Assembly (NCBI GenBank): GCA_963704755.1
Contig: OY969938.1
Location: 3,810,001-3,842,000, forward strand
Reading direction: 5' to 3'
Length of the DNA: 32,000 nt
Source of the DNA: an uncultured Chloroflexia bacterium
GTDB taxonomy: Bacteria > Chloroflexota > Anaerolineae > Anaerolineales > Anaerolineaceae
Part shown: positions 31,354 through 32,000 of the stretch, piece after piece
Layout: each line of letters starts with the position of its first letter
How positions within the stretch are numbered: position 1 is the first letter of the stretch
Made by a program: the position numbers and the translations under genes
Notes under the pieces: generated by a model
The model's input: the letters and a program-made list of their open reading frames with translations, nothing else
Database searches by the model: none
Told to the model about the DNA's origin: nothing

Positions 31354-32000
31354 AAATTAGTCCGGCCTGGTGGAAGGAATGGCGAGAAGACTCGGTGTTG
31401 CGCAGGGTACTGCGTAACACCGGTTATATGTTAAGCGGAAATGTCCTCACCACCGGGATGGCGGCCGTACAGAGCATTCTGGCCGCCAGAATTTTGGGCA
31501 CAGAGATGTTCGGCGTCCTGGGTATTGTGACCAGCTTTGCCAGTACGATCAATCGCCTCTTTTCATTTCGTATGGGCGAGATGGTGGTCAAATACCTGGG
31601 CGCAGCGCTGGCCGAGGATGAGAAGGAGAGAGGCGCAGCGATTGTCAAGCTGGCCGGCCTGGCCGAGGGGATCACTTCGATCATTACCTTCGTCGCCCTG
31701 GTCCTCCTGGCACCTTTAGCGGCCCGCTTCCTGGCCAAAGATATCTCCTATAGAGATATTTTTATCTTTTATGGCATCTTCATCCTGGGCAATATCGTCA
31801 ATGAGACTTCTACCGGCATCTTGCAGGTAGGCGGCCATTTCCGCAGCCAGGCGGCCCTAAACGTGGGCAGCAGTGTGCTGACCCTGGCCATTACAATCAT
31901 CGCGATGATTTCCGGCAGCGGATTGTCGTTGATCGTCACGGCCTACCTGTGCGGCAAGTTGGTCGTCGGAGTTGGCATTATGGTCCTGGCCTGGGTCCGC
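31350..32000 (+). CDS. polysaccharide biosynthesis/MOP-family flippase, N-terminal 217 codons (continues beyond the window end)
   Basis: Manual translation from ATG 31350 (ATGA overlap with the epimerase stop) gives MKISPAWWKEWREDSVLRRVLRNTGYMLSGNVLTTGMAAVQSILAARILGTEMFGVLGIVTSFAS... It is open to position 32000 with multiple TM helices. The window end truncates it, so it is not in the ORF track. Confidence 0.7.
   Translation, partial: MKISPAWWKEWREDSVLRRVLRNTGYMLSGNVLTTGMAAVQSILAARILGTEMFGVLGIVTSFASTINRLFSFRMGEMVVKYLGAALAEDEKERGAAIVKLAGLAEGITSIITFVALVLLAPLAARFLAKDISYRDIFIFYGIFILGNIVNETSTGILQVGGHFRSQAALNVGSSVLTLAITIIAMISGSGLSLIVTAYLCGKLVVGVGIMVLAWVR

Overview
About 32 kb of mostly housekeeping chromosome from a moderately GC-rich bacterium. 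The gene content and order suggest Terrabacteria, and my guess is a Chloroflexota/Anaerolineae-like organism; this is inference only. That content is a CIRCE-controlled hrcA-grpE-dnaK-dnaJ-prmA operon, a T-box-controlled valS, an MGDG-synthase-type glycosyltransferase, and DUF951 and DUF2905 genes. I support 34 CDS, including two that the ORF track missed because the window edges cut them: valS at 1..1591 (-) and a MOP flippase at 31350..32000 (+). There are two apparently intact IS elements. One is ISAs1-family with a 10-bp target duplication. The other is an rve-type IS that rewrote the 3' end of a glycosyltransferase gene. I also call one Val-specific T-box riboswitch, a perfect CIRCE operator and several near-consensus promoters. 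I saw no rRNA, tRNA, CRISPR array or recognisable defence or other multi-gene accessory system. The unusual part is the non-coding DNA, which holds four things. (1) An exact 290-bp tandem array at 2679-3330 made of a nearly identical foldback element plus a diverged CU-rich spacer. (2) A superfamily of 21-30-bp perfect hairpins at gene ends whose two arms co-vary between loci. (3) A 111-112-bp nested-palindrome element with conserved GTAACTGCTCGGCC-like termini. (4) Two heptamer/octamer foldback elements that share an 18-nt terminal motif and each sit directly 5' of a ribosome-binding site. All functional readings of these repeats are hypotheses that need transcriptomics or comparative genomics.
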